Positions 51,396 to 58,943 of a DNA stretch of 64,000 nt are shown here, piece by piece. Source of the DNA: a virus. A program made the position numbers and the translations under genes. Positions within the stretch are counted from its first letter, which is position 1; each line of letters opens with the position of its first letter. Below the pieces are notes generated by a model, which had not been told where the DNA came from, did not search any database, and saw only the letters and a list, made by a program, of their open reading frames with translations. The DNA lies in IMG/VR virus record IMGVR_UViG_3300036945_000641, positions 9,240 to 73,239 of that record; one strand, 5' to 3'.

Positions 51396-51483
51396 GGAAA
51401 GCAGAGGAGTCGAACCCCATCCCCGTTAGGAGAACCTGGTTTTCAAGGCCAGTCGCAGGACCATCCCCGCTGCATTACTTTCC
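51392..51483 (-). tRNA. tRNA-Ser (TGA)
   Basis: Long variable arm, loop CTTGAAA, G73-CCA. Confidence 0.9.
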
Positions 51484-51489
51484 ACGTTT

Positions 51490-52095
51490 TTATTCTTGTT
51501 TTTCGGCCTCTAGCTGAGCGTGTTTCTCGGCTACAGCGCTAAGTCGTTTTACAACTTCATCTGAAGTCATCCAAATATCTTTGTTGTGTAGCATTGAGTC
51601 AATTTCTTCGTGTGTTAAGAAATCTGCGTAAACTTCACGCATAAAGTTTTCTGACCAGCGACGTTCAAACTGTAGTTGGTCGTACATTTCTCCACCTTTG
51701 CCAAACACGCCTGCACTATAGTTGTGAAACATAAATAGTGAGTGTGGGGTTACTTCTTGCTGATGACCATGTAAGAAGATCATTGTTGCAGCACTCATGC
51801 AAGCGCCTTCAACTGAAGTAACAATAGTGGCTTCGGTCTCGCCCATAACTCGTAAAAATTGTAGTGTGGTATAAAGATCACCACCACCTGAGTTAATGTA
51901 GATACGAACTGTGTCAGCACTGGTGGCATTGCGAATTGTGTCAAACCACTCAATGTACTCTTGTGGCTCACAAATTTCACCACTCAAGTAGAACTCATAT
52001 AAGCGTCCGATTGATTTAGAAAAGCTATTACCATTCTTGTCCGTTTCAAACAATTTAGGGTCGAGAATGTTTGTCTTTTTAGTTGTCATTTTCAT
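51490..52095 (-). CDS. ClpP-like serine protease
   Basis: IYINSGGG, ACMSAATMIF, FMFH, DIWMTSDE. Confidence 0.85.
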   Translation of the reverse strand: MKMTTKKTNILDPKLFETDKNGNSFSKSIGRLYEFYLSGEICEPQEYIEWFDTIRNATSADTVRIYINSGGGDLYTTLQFLRVMGETEATIVTSVEGACMSAATMIFLHGHQQEVTPHSLFMFHNYSAGVFGKGGEMYDQLQFERRWSENFMREVYADFLTHEEIDSMLHNKDIWMTSDEVVKRLSAVAEKHAQLEAEKQE

Positions 52096-52114
52096 CTTAT
52101 ACTCGTTTATAAAT

Positions 52115-52457
52115 TAGGGCCAGTATTCTGTTACGAGGAACTGGCAAAACCCTAAGCAGCGTTTAGGCTGCTAATGCGTACGTGTTATCGTTTGCAGTTA
52201 TTTTTGTTTTGCTGTTACGACCAGGAAACCCCAGTCCTACGGCTGTCGCATTGCCGAGTTGTCTGCTTTAATACTCTTAGCCTAATCGAAAGCCAGGTCA
52301 GCCCCATCAAAAGCACTCCTAGTGTTCTTAGGTCGGGAATTCCAGTCCTCAGCCGTATGAGAAACAGCTTACATACTACCCTACTCAATGCTTATGGTGG
52401 AGCTGGCGGGAGTCGAACCCGCGTCTTAAACTCTTTTCTATCGGCTTCATACAACCA
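52115..52457 (-). ncRNA. ssrA: circularly permuted (two-piece) tmRNA
   Basis: Acceptor piece with T-arm and CAGCTCCACCA (~52457-52395) precedes coding piece starting GGGGCTG at 52305; G3.U70; tag ANDNTYALAA* at 52195-52163. Confidence 0.92.
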
Positions 52458-52565
52458 TACTATAACACACTACCCTTGCTGGGTGCTCCCAGTTACCCGC
52501 GGAAGGTGTGCTCGAGCTTACTCCGCATATATGCATTAAGTGGCGAGTAGTGTGTTATAGTATGG
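52455..52565 (-). ncRNA. stem-closed cassette B
   Basis: Perfect 19-bp inverted repeat ccatactataacacactac; internal hairpins. Confidence 0.6.
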
Positions 52566-52637
52566 TGCCGAATGTCGGGATTGAACTGACGACCTACCGC
52601 TTACAAGGCGGTTGCTCTACCACTGAGCTAATTCGGC
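52563..52637 (-). tRNA. tRNA-Thr (TGT)
   Basis: Cloverleaf, loop CTTGTAA, CCA. Confidence 0.95.
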
Positions 52638-52716
52638 GTTCCAACTGTGACCTTATGCTCTTGGCGTTGGCCCTTGAGCAGCCCACATTTTTAAAGTCGT
52701 CTGGGAACTGACTAAT

Positions 52717-52792
52717 TGGAGTACGTGACAGGAGTCGAACCTGCATAGTACGGATTTGCAATCCGCTCCCTAGCCATTCGGGTCACACGTAC
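52717..52792 (-). tRNA. tRNA-Cys (GCA)
   Basis: Cloverleaf, loop TTGCAAA, U73-CCA. Confidence 0.93.
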
Positions 52793-52793
52793 A

Positions 52794-53018
52794 TTAAATT
52801 TTGTTTTTAGTAACTAAAGCACTAAAAGTATTAAACGTCTGTTCAAACTTTAAACCATAGATGGACTCTAAACCCGAGAGATAGTTTGAGATTTCATCAG
52901 TGGTCATTTCACCACCATCAGGCTTGCCTTCTAGTACATACAAGTTTAACAACTTAATATCTTCTACAACATTCCAGCAATTCATAATTTGCTGTTCTAG
53001 ATCAAATCTGTCTGTCAT
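52794..53018 (-). CDS. conserved phage protein
   Basis: DRFDLEQQIMNCWNVVEDI motif. Confidence 0.65.
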   Translation of the reverse strand: MTDRFDLEQQIMNCWNVVEDIKLLNLYVLEGKPDGGEMTTDEISNYLSGLESIYGLKFEQTFNTFSALVTKNKI

Positions 53019-53148
53019 TTTGTAGTTCCTTTAGTTTTTGTTTGAGTGCTATGTTTACAAATTCACTTAGTGTGAGGTTTAATCTTTTTGCGGCTTGTTT
53101 TACTTGTTCTAGTAAATGTGCGTCAATATGTATTGTAATTGTTTTCAT
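53002..53148 (-). CDS. ribbon-helix-helix DNA-binding protein (48 aa, not in ORF track)
   Basis: MKTITIHIDAHLLEQVKQAAKRLNLTLSEFVNIAL. Confidence 0.7.
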   Translation of the reverse strand: MKTITIHIDAHLLEQVKQAAKRLNLTLSEFVNIALKQKLKELQNDRQI

Positions 53149-53149
53149 A

Positions 53150-53620
53150 CTAATTTGCAAGTACAAATTTTAATCGGTCAGCTGCATAACTTGCAGCAAA
53201 TGCTTTGGGCTTTACCTGTGCGTCAATATTGCAAGTGCCTTTGATATATCCCACAGCTTGTTGCACTACTGCTGAACTCTTATATCGCTCATTGGGATTA
53301 ATATCTAGGTGAACTTCTACGTAACGATCTTCTAGTACATCAGATAGTTCGTGAAATAGATCACTTACTTTATAAACTTCTTGCATTAGTCGCATTGCTG
53401 GTTTATTGGCTTTTTGATCCCAGTCACGCTCTCTGTGAACGTCACCAAAAATCTTACAGCCATGGTTTCCATCAATGTGTACTACAATAGCTAAAGTATA
53501 GTCTGCATACCATTTACCATGTACTTGTACTCGTTGGCTGTCAGCACCTAAATAAATTTTAGTTTCTGGCGAGCTTTGCCGAATATAGTCTTTTACTTCT
53601 TGTAGATTAAATTTACGCAT
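53150..53620 (-). CDS. RNase H-like YkuK family protein
   Basis: IYLGADSQ, RLMQEV, EVHLDIN, VKP.AFAAS.AAD. Confidence 0.85.
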   Translation of the reverse strand: MRKFNLQEVKDYIRQSSPETKIYLGADSQRVQVHGKWYADYTLAIVVHIDGNHGCKIFGDVHRERDWDQKANKPAMRLMQEVYKVSDLFHELSDVLEDRYVEVHLDINPNERYKSSAVVQQAVGYIKGTCNIDAQVKPKAFAASYAADRLKFVLAN

Positions 53621-53633
53621 AATTTTAGTTGTT

Positions 53634-53710
53634 TGGTGGGTCTAGAAAGATTCGAACTCTCACACCTCAGCTTCGTAGGCTGGGACACTTTCCAGTTGTG
53701 CTATAGACCC
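53634..53710 (-). tRNA. tRNA-Arg (ACG)
   Basis: Cloverleaf, loop CTACGAA, CCA. Confidence 0.93.
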
Positions 53711-53716
53711 AATATG

Positions 53717-53790
53717 TGGCACGGGGACTAGGGCTCGAACCTAGAACGACACAGTCAAAGTGTGTTGTGTTACCATTACACCATCCCCGA
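53717..53790 (-). tRNA. tRNA-Gln (TTG)
   Basis: Cloverleaf, loop CTTTGAC, G73-CCA. Confidence 0.92.
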
Positions 53791-53796
53791 ACAATT

Positions 53797-53875
53797 TGGC
53801 TCCGTATCTGGGGTTCGAACCCAGCTAATCATTGATTAACAGTCAAGTCCGTGCACCTAGCTCGGATTCTACGGA
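53797..53875 (-). tRNA. tRNA-Asn (GTT)
   Basis: Cloverleaf, loop CTGTTAA, G73-CCA. Confidence 0.88.
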
Positions 53876-53880
53876 ATAGA

Positions 53881-54036
53881 TTACCAATGTCTGATAACAC
53901 CGGCAACAATAAATATATTAGTTATGATATAGCACATAACAATTGCTGTTCTTATAAGGGCTACTTTATCAGCCTGAGAATCATCCCCTGCTTTTTCACC
54001 TAAGGCTTTTGCCCATAATGTCCAGAGTTTTTTCAT
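53881..54036 (-). CDS. small membrane protein
   Basis: LWAKALGEKAG...ADKVALIRT...AGVIRHW. Confidence 0.7.
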   Translation of the reverse strand: MKKLWTLWAKALGEKAGDDSQADKVALIRTAIVMCYIITNIFIVAGVIRHW

Positions 54037-54137
54037 ATTTAATTCTAGTGCTCGGTGCGCCATCCCCGAGTGAGCTTCAATACCAGAGAAGGATAGTATC
54101 TACACACTATAGCGCGTTTTCACTAGAATTAAATATG
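54034..54137 (-). ncRNA. stem-closed cassette C
   Basis: Perfect 17-bp inverted repeat catatttaattctagtg; possible internal pseudoknot. Confidence 0.55.
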
Positions 54138-54247
54138 CTGGTTACTTTATCCAGCGCCAATTATCGAATGGCAGTTCAATTGCTCGGACGTCAGCAGGAA
54201 CAACCCTTGCTCTAACCGTTTACGTCTAACGAACCTAAGGCAGGTCT

Positions 54248-54323
54248 TGGCGGGTCTAGGGGGTAACGATCCCCACTCTTCGGCAGTGACAGTGCCGTGT
54301 GCGTCCATGAACACTTTAGACCC
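54248..54323 (-). tRNA. tRNA-Asp (GTC)
   Basis: Cloverleaf, loop CTGTCAC, atypical T loop ATCGTTA. Confidence 0.9.
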
Positions 54324-54327
54324 AAAT

Positions 54328-54411
54328 TGGTACGAGAGAAGGGACTCGAACCCTTAATCCTTGCGGCGGCAGATTTTAAGTCTGCTGTGTATACCATTCC
54401 ACCACTCTCGC
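54328..54411 (-). tRNA. tRNA-Leu (TAA)
   Basis: Long variable arm, loop CTTAAAA. Confidence 0.95.
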
Positions 54412-54416
54412 GTAAA

Positions 54417-54542
54417 CCATATAAAAACACTTTGCTAGTACTTGAATCTATGACAACCCTACTTCATGGCCGATTCTTGCTTTAGTCGACTTGGCAAGCA
54501 TTGCGGAGTTCCACTGTAGTTGTTCAAAGTGTTTTTATATGG
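54417..54542 (-). ncRNA. stem-closed cassette D
   Basis: Perfect 18-bp inverted repeat ccatataaaaacactttg. Confidence 0.6.
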
Positions 54543-54632
54543 TGGATTAGGTTGGATTCGAACCAACAGTGTTTTCCCAGAGGGGACGGATTTACAGTCC
54601 GCCGATGCACACGCCATAGCATCAACTAATCC
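54540..54632 (-). tRNA. tRNA-Tyr (GTA)
   Basis: Long variable arm, loop CTGTAAA. Confidence 0.9.
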
Positions 54633-54648
54633 ATTTGTTTAAGAACTA

Positions 54649-54677
54649 ATTATATCAAGAAATAGCTCTTGAGTCAA
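54649..54677 (-). promoter_or_regulatory. sigma70 promoter with palindromic spacer
   Basis: TTGACT-17-TATAAT; tcaaga...tcttga inverted repeat. Confidence 0.75.
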
Positions 54678-54687
54678 ATCAGAAATT

Positions 54688-54761
54688 TGGCATCCCGAGA
54701 GGGACTCGAACCCCCACTTACGGTTTTGGAGACCGCAGTGCTGCCATTACACTATCGAGAG
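54688..54761 (-). tRNA. tRNA-Trp (CCA)
   Basis: Cloverleaf, loop CTCCAAA. Confidence 0.92.
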
Positions 54762-54785
54762 ACATATGGCTTGTAATTAATATTA

Positions 54786-54814
54786 ATTATACATGTTTTA
54801 ACAAAGTATATCAA
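54786..54814 (-). promoter_or_regulatory. sigma70 promoter
   Basis: TTGATA-17-TATAAT. Confidence 0.7.
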
Positions 54815-54834
54815 GCCAATTTTTATTATAGTTA

Positions 54835-55053
54835 TTACTCAGGAATTTCTAGTAATTTTTCATTAATAGCGGCCAGTAGTGCAGGCTCGTCTGTTCCTGT
54901 GTAAGCTACGTTAAATTTAATATTGTAAGTTCCGATATTTTTAAATACGCCAGGAATTACTTCTTCGCGAACTTCTACTTTTGCTGTGGTTTCAGGAGGA
55001 AACGTACTTACTGTTAGGGTAGATACGTGTACTTGTTTGTTTGTTAAATCCAT
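54835..55053 (-). CDS. hypothetical protein (last gene of Hint module)
   Basis: 72 aa ORF. Confidence 0.6.
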   Translation of the reverse strand: MDLTNKQVHVSTLTVSTFPPETTAKVEVREEVIPGVFKNIGTYNIKFNVAYTGTDEPALLAAINEKLLEIPE

Positions 55054-55062
55054 AATTTTTCT

Positions 55063-55506
55063 TTATAAATAAGAGTAGATACCTGCTCTATAAGTTAGGT
55101 TACTAGTAACTGTGGTAGCTTGTAGTGTTACGTTATAATCTATTTTATATCCTGTAAACCTAAGGTCACTACCAGCTATATCTGCACACAATAAATCTGT
55201 GTCAGCTGCAGGAGTATTATTAACTCCACGACCATAAAAATTAGTTACAATTGAACCATTAGCAGGAACATATTTTCCCAATAATTCGCTAACTGTATTA
55301 CCATTGCTGGCATTAAATTTAATTGTTAAGTATAAGAAATCATTTGAACCCATACTAACAAATGGTACTGTTACAACGGCTGCTCCTACATCAATAGTAC
55401 CTGTTATAAAGTTTTTTAAGTAAACAAGTTTATCATTACTACTAAACTTTAGGACACCTGAGTTATTGTTTATTTTGATTGATGTTGCATCAACTTTTAG
55501 TGTCAT
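55063..55506 (-). CDS. beta-rich tail-tip-like protein
   Basis: IKINNNSGVLKFSSNDK N-terminus resembles tail-tip subunits. Confidence 0.5.
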   Translation of the reverse strand: MTLKVDATSIKINNNSGVLKFSSNDKLVYLKNFITGTIDVGAAVVTVPFVSMGSNDFLYLTIKFNASNGNTVSELLGKYVPANGSIVTNFYGRGVNNTPAADTDLLCADIAGSDLRFTGYKIDYNVTLQATTVTSNLTYRAGIYSYL

Positions 55507-56138
55507 GGTGTTACCGCCAACTCTAAGTTAACAGGGTTTTTAGTATACATAAATTTTAAAGTATACCAGAATTTTGGCATAGTACCTGTGTATAATACCC
55601 CATTACTTGCTTGATAATAGTTACTGCCTGTAACATCAAACACATAAGTACCTGCACCTATGGGTGTAAAATTTGCTAGTTTAAAGAAAGCACCAATTGG
55701 TCTAACCCCACCACTTCCGTCAGTATTTGGAATACCCCTAACATCACCAATTATTCTAAAAGTGCCCGCGTTTGGGGTCCCGTTAAAGCTATAACTTAAA
55801 TAATCTGAAACGAAAGCTCCGGGGGACATCATAACTGGAGGGCTACCGCTATATAACGTGAATACGTCATTTCCTGGAGCATATGGAAGATATCCGCTTC
55901 TACTATAGCCAACAGTAGCCATATTTCCGCCAATCCAACCATCAACATAATAGCCGCCATACTCTGTTCTGTCTGTAATAGTATTATATCCAGCAATTGC
56001 CGGGGCTCTTTGAAATCCACCAGCTTTAAACTGACCATTAGTATCAGTTTTTAAATACTGATTACCAGACCAAAAAGTTGTGTCTCCATTAGAGGCTCTG
56101 GTTCTAAATTCGTTTGGTTTTATTATTATTCGTTCAAC
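55503..56138 (-). CDS. beta-rich, aromatic-rich putative receptor-binding protein
   Basis: G/Y/F-rich; FRTRASNGDTTFWSGNQYLK N-terminus; start uncertain. Confidence 0.5.
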   Translation of the reverse strand, partial: VERIIIKPNEFRTRASNGDTTFWSGNQYLKTDTNGQFKAGGFQRAPAIAGYNTITDRTEYGGYYVDGWIGGNMATVGYSRSGYLPYAPGNDVFTLYSGSPPVMMSPGAFVSDYLSYSFNGTPNAGTFRIIGDVRGIPNTDGSGGVRPIGAFFKLANFTPIGAGTYVFDVTGSNYYQASNGVLYTGTMPKFWYTLKFMYTKNPVNLELAVTP

Positions 56139-56403
56139 TGGCAAGATACACCTCTATATTATATAATATTTCTGCAGGTAAATCTGCTCCATATGTTACT
56201 GCCTGACAATATAGCCTTATTTCGCCAGTTGATTCGTCGTAAGACGCAAAAAAGTTCCTATAACCTGCACCGCCGTAATTAACCCTGTAGCCATTGCCAT
56301 AAGTAATACCATTTACTTTTAAAAATAGTATTGGATTAGTAACATTAGCATATCCAACACTAACATATTGTACTGCTTGTTGTGGTATAGCTGCTTGTGC
56401 CAT
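56134..56403 (-). CDS. small beta-rich protein
   Basis: 89 aa, 3 bp downstream of Hint gene. Confidence 0.55.
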   Translation of the reverse strand: MAQAAIPQQAVQYVSVGYANVTNPILFLKVNGITYGNGYRVNYGGAGYRNFFASYDESTGEIRLYCQAVTYGADLPAEILYNIEVYLAS

Positions 56404-56406
56404 AAT

Positions 56407-57288
56407 TTACCTATTTGGATGAAATATTCGACCTAGCATTTTGCTAGCAAATACTATAATATTTTTAAGTAGGCTTTTTTCACGGCGTATCTGACTACTA
56501 ATAAACTTCAGAAGTAAATCTGATTTAATGTAACTAACGCCTACATTTATTAAGTAAGCCCCGTACTGTACGTGTTTGCCTTTTGAAGTAAAAAAGACTA
56601 ATAAGTCTATTACTTCTTGTTGGGTTAGCCACCCTTTGCTAAACATATAACTCAGAGAGTTTCCCGAAAACATAATACTAGTAGTATTATATCCGTTAGC
56701 AATATAAGTGCCATCACCAGTTAACCATAAGTTATAAACAAAATTTCCAGTTGCTGGTTTTATTGTATATCCCCGCAACTGCTCGGGCTTTCCTAACCAA
56801 GGGTATAAGTCCCACACAGCAACAGGGTCAACTGCTTGTAAAACTCCGTCAATTATTAGTGGGTGGTTTACTGTTGCAAATGGCTTAAGCTTAGGGTCTG
56901 GACTATATAAATATTTCCATAAAGTATCAGGTACTTTTTCTATAAAAGTTACTGTATTTATAGTGCCTGTAGTACCCAATACTTTATCCCCTACTTGTAT
57001 ATCTACAATAGGCCTAGTACTGTTATCTGGTAGCGTAACCAAAGTATCGGGGGTAAAGCAGTCGCAGCCACCGTCATCCCAATAGATAAATTGTTGAGCA
57101 AGTCCAGGAAAAGAAGCAGGATCTGCCATAATTACCTTAGCTTTCAACTGTAGGTATGTTAATCCCGAATGAAAGTTAATATCAGCTAAGTGTGCACCAG
57201 GATTAGTTAAAACATCTGTGCCAATCAAACTTGTTTGTCCAATGACTACAACGCCTGTGGCCCCATCTGCATAAAAAGTTTTAGACAT
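56407..57288 (-). CDS. Hint (Hedgehog/intein)-domain protein
   Basis: GGCD/CFTPDTLV block A, IQVGDKV, TVNH block B, VYNL..YIANG block F; no terminal His-Asn. Confidence 0.85.
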   Translation of the reverse strand: MSKTFYADGATGVVVIGQTSLIGTDVLTNPGAHLADINFHSGLTYLQLKAKVIMADPASFPGLAQQFIYWDDGGCDCFTPDTLVTLPDNSTRPIVDIQVGDKVLGTTGTINTVTFIEKVPDTLWKYLYSPDPKLKPFATVNHPLIIDGVLQAVDPVAVWDLYPWLGKPEQLRGYTIKPATGNFVYNLWLTGDGTYIANGYNTTSIMFSGNSLSYMFSKGWLTQQEVIDLLVFFTSKGKHVQYGAYLINVGVSYIKSDLLLKFISSQIRREKSLLKNIIVFASKMLGRIFHPNR

Positions 57289-57823
57289 ATCTATATATCC
57301 CTTTTACTTTTGCAGGGTTTAATGTATCAACACTCGAGAGTTTGTTGGGTATATGTTGTAGTACTTTATTATCACCTAAGTAAAGTGCAATATGCGATAA
57401 TACAGTATTAGGCATATTTTCATATACAAGCATATCTCCTACTTGCATAACTTGAACTTCAACAAAGCCGTGTTTTAAAAACCAAGGGCCCATACCAGCC
57501 ATATAGTAGTTATAAAAGTCTCTGTTAGGAATACTTTTATATAGCTGTGTTAAATTGGTGCCTTTGTTATCGTCATGCCAGTTAAAGCAGATGACTACAC
57601 AATCAGCTTGACGTAGACCATAACTACGGCCAATATAAGAACTTTTTGGAGATATAAGAGAAACTTTTCTCTCTAGTTTATTTACGTAAATACTAGGGCT
57701 TTGAAAACTTTCGGTTACTAGGAACATTCCGTCTTCTGCTTCTACTAAGTCGCCTTCTACTATATTAAATCTAGTTCCGATTTTATCGAAATAATTTTCA
57801 TAATCCATGTCATATAACGCCAA
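57281..57823 (-). CDS. NlpC/P60 peptidase (lambda gpK-like)
   Basis: YIGRSY...ADC, GDML, HIALYLGDNKVLQH, GIYR. Confidence 0.85.
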   Translation of the reverse strand: MALYDMDYENYFDKIGTRFNIVEGDLVEAEDGMFLVTESFQSPSIYVNKLERKVSLISPKSSYIGRSYGLRQADCVVICFNWHDDNKGTNLTQLYKSIPNRDFYNYYMAGMGPWFLKHGFVEVQVMQVGDMLVYENMPNTVLSHIALYLGDNKVLQHIPNKLSSVDTLNPAKVKGIYRYV

Positions 57824-57851
57824 AAAGTCAGCAGTATTTCTACTACTGACT
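57822..57851 (-). terminator. terminator-like hairpin
   Basis: agtcagtagta-gaaa-tactgctgact-tttt. Confidence 0.65.
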
Positions 57852-57860
57852 ATATTAATT

Positions 57861-57935
57861 TGGTGGAAATAAGTAGATTCGAACTACTGACCTAGGCCGT
57901 ATGAAGACCGTGCACTACCACTGTGCTATATTTCC
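57861..57935 (-). tRNA. tRNA-Met (CAT)
   Basis: Cloverleaf, loop TTCATAC, CCA. Confidence 0.9.
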
Positions 57936-57939
57936 GTAA

Positions 57940-58042
57940 AATAGTTTTGTTGTGTCGGGATAACTATCAACCCCGTGAGCGCAGCCCATCCTGTTTTCGC
58001 GTCAGCGGAGCCAAGTGACCTTAGTCATTTACAGGCTTGGCA
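57940..58042 (-). ncRNA. candidate pseudoknotted RNA between Met tRNAs
   Basis: gccaag/cttggc stem, tgac/gtca hairpin, cctgt/acagg crossing helix. Confidence 0.45.
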
Positions 58043-58045
58043 AAT

Positions 58046-58119
58046 TGGTAGCGGGTCTAGGATTTGAACCTAGGATGCTCCGAGCTTATGAGACTGGAGT
58101 GGTGGCCGCCCTACCCGCA
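58046..58119 (-). tRNA. atypical initiator-like tRNA-Met (CAT)
   Basis: 1:72 mismatch, loop CTCATAA, reduced D arm. Confidence 0.75.
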
Positions 58120-58123
58120 ATAA

Positions 58124-58285
58124 TTAATAGCAACTATTGAAAAGTTTGCGGCTTTGATAGTCTGCCCAAATCTTTTCTAATCGCTGTACATCTTTGTGAT
58201 CTACAGGCTTTGCGTCGTTCATGAATTCGTCAATCGTATAAGGCTTGAACAAGTCCTGTATACGCTGCATTAAGTCACTTAGCAT
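58124..58285 (-). CDS. 53-aa protein, DUF3563-like (not in ORF track)
   Basis: DEFMNDAKPVDHKDVQRLEK. Confidence 0.55.
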   Translation of the reverse strand: MLSDLMQRIQDLFKPYTIDEFMNDAKPVDHKDVQRLEKIWADYQSRKLFNSCY

Positions 58286-58499
58286 TAACAAAACCATATA
58301 GCTGTTTGGCTTTTTCTACGACTTCGCTAAAATCATACATTTTAGGTGCGTATTCTTTCCAGTCTGCTTGCACTTTTTGACCACTAACTACTAGTTGGTC
58401 AAACACTTGCTTAGCAAACGCGGTGTTAATTTCTTGTTGTTGTTCAAGGTACTCTTTTGCCATTTCTAGCATTTGTGTACGAATTTCAAATGGATTCAT
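58275..58499 (-). CDS. conserved phage protein
   Basis: MNPFEIR..MLEMAKEY...AKQLYGFV; aggag RBS. Confidence 0.7.
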   Translation of the reverse strand: MNPFEIRTQMLEMAKEYLEQQQEINTAFAKQVFDQLVVSGQKVQADWKEYAPKMYDFSEVVEKAKQLYGFVNAK

Positions 58500-58601
58500 G
58501 TGAATCTCCTGTGTGATGTGTGAATAGAGGTGAGGGGAATATTTAAGCAGCCGACCCCCTCACTGCTGCAAAAGATCATTCTGGCGTCTATCTACCTGCG
58601 G

Positions 58602-58823
58602 TTATTCTGATTTGCCTAAACGACCCATATCACCAGTATGAGTTACATCAGTAGTGGTGGTAATAGTAATTGGCATTAGTTCAATGCTTCCAGGTGTAAT
58701 GTCGCTTACATCTAGCCCTGTTTTAGGGTCTAGTGTTTCGGCATAGCCTTCGTTATAAGGTACGCCTGTTTGCACAATGCCTTGTTGTGCAACTGCTGGG
58801 GCTTTAATTGCTTTTGTTTTCAT
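58602..58823 (-). CDS. hypothetical protein
   Basis: 73 aa with aagga RBS. Confidence 0.55.
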   Translation of the reverse strand: MKTKAIKAPAVAQQGIVQTGVPYNEGYAETLDPKTGLDVSDITPGSIELMPITITTTTDVTHTGDMGRLGKSE

Positions 58824-58831
58824 AATAATCC

Positions 58832-58930
58832 TTACTTAGGGTATTTAGGGTACATACCCTTGCACATTGCACATTGGCATGTGGCACAGTGATATGGATT
58901 TGTAGGGCTAGTTGGTTGGATTGGTTGCAT
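58832..58930 (-). CDS. 32-aa Cys-rich microprotein (not in ORF track)
   Basis: MQPIQPTSPTNPYHCATCQCAMCKGMYPKYPK; taagga RBS. Confidence 0.55.
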   Translation of the reverse strand: MQPIQPTSPTNPYHCATCQCAMCKGMYPKYPK

Positions 58931-58943
58931 AGTAATCCTTAAT

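Noticed and set aside
52174-52711. Plus-strand ORFs of 121 and 67 aa
   Set aside because: Antisense to tmRNA and tRNA-Thr; no coding features
56407-57288. Canonical splicing intein
   Set aside because: No His-Asn followed by Cys/Ser/Thr at block G; treated as a Hedgehog/BIL-like Hint instead
57975-58005. Hammerhead ribozyme (CTGACGC...GAAA)
   Set aside because: Core deviates from CUGANGA and has no stem II
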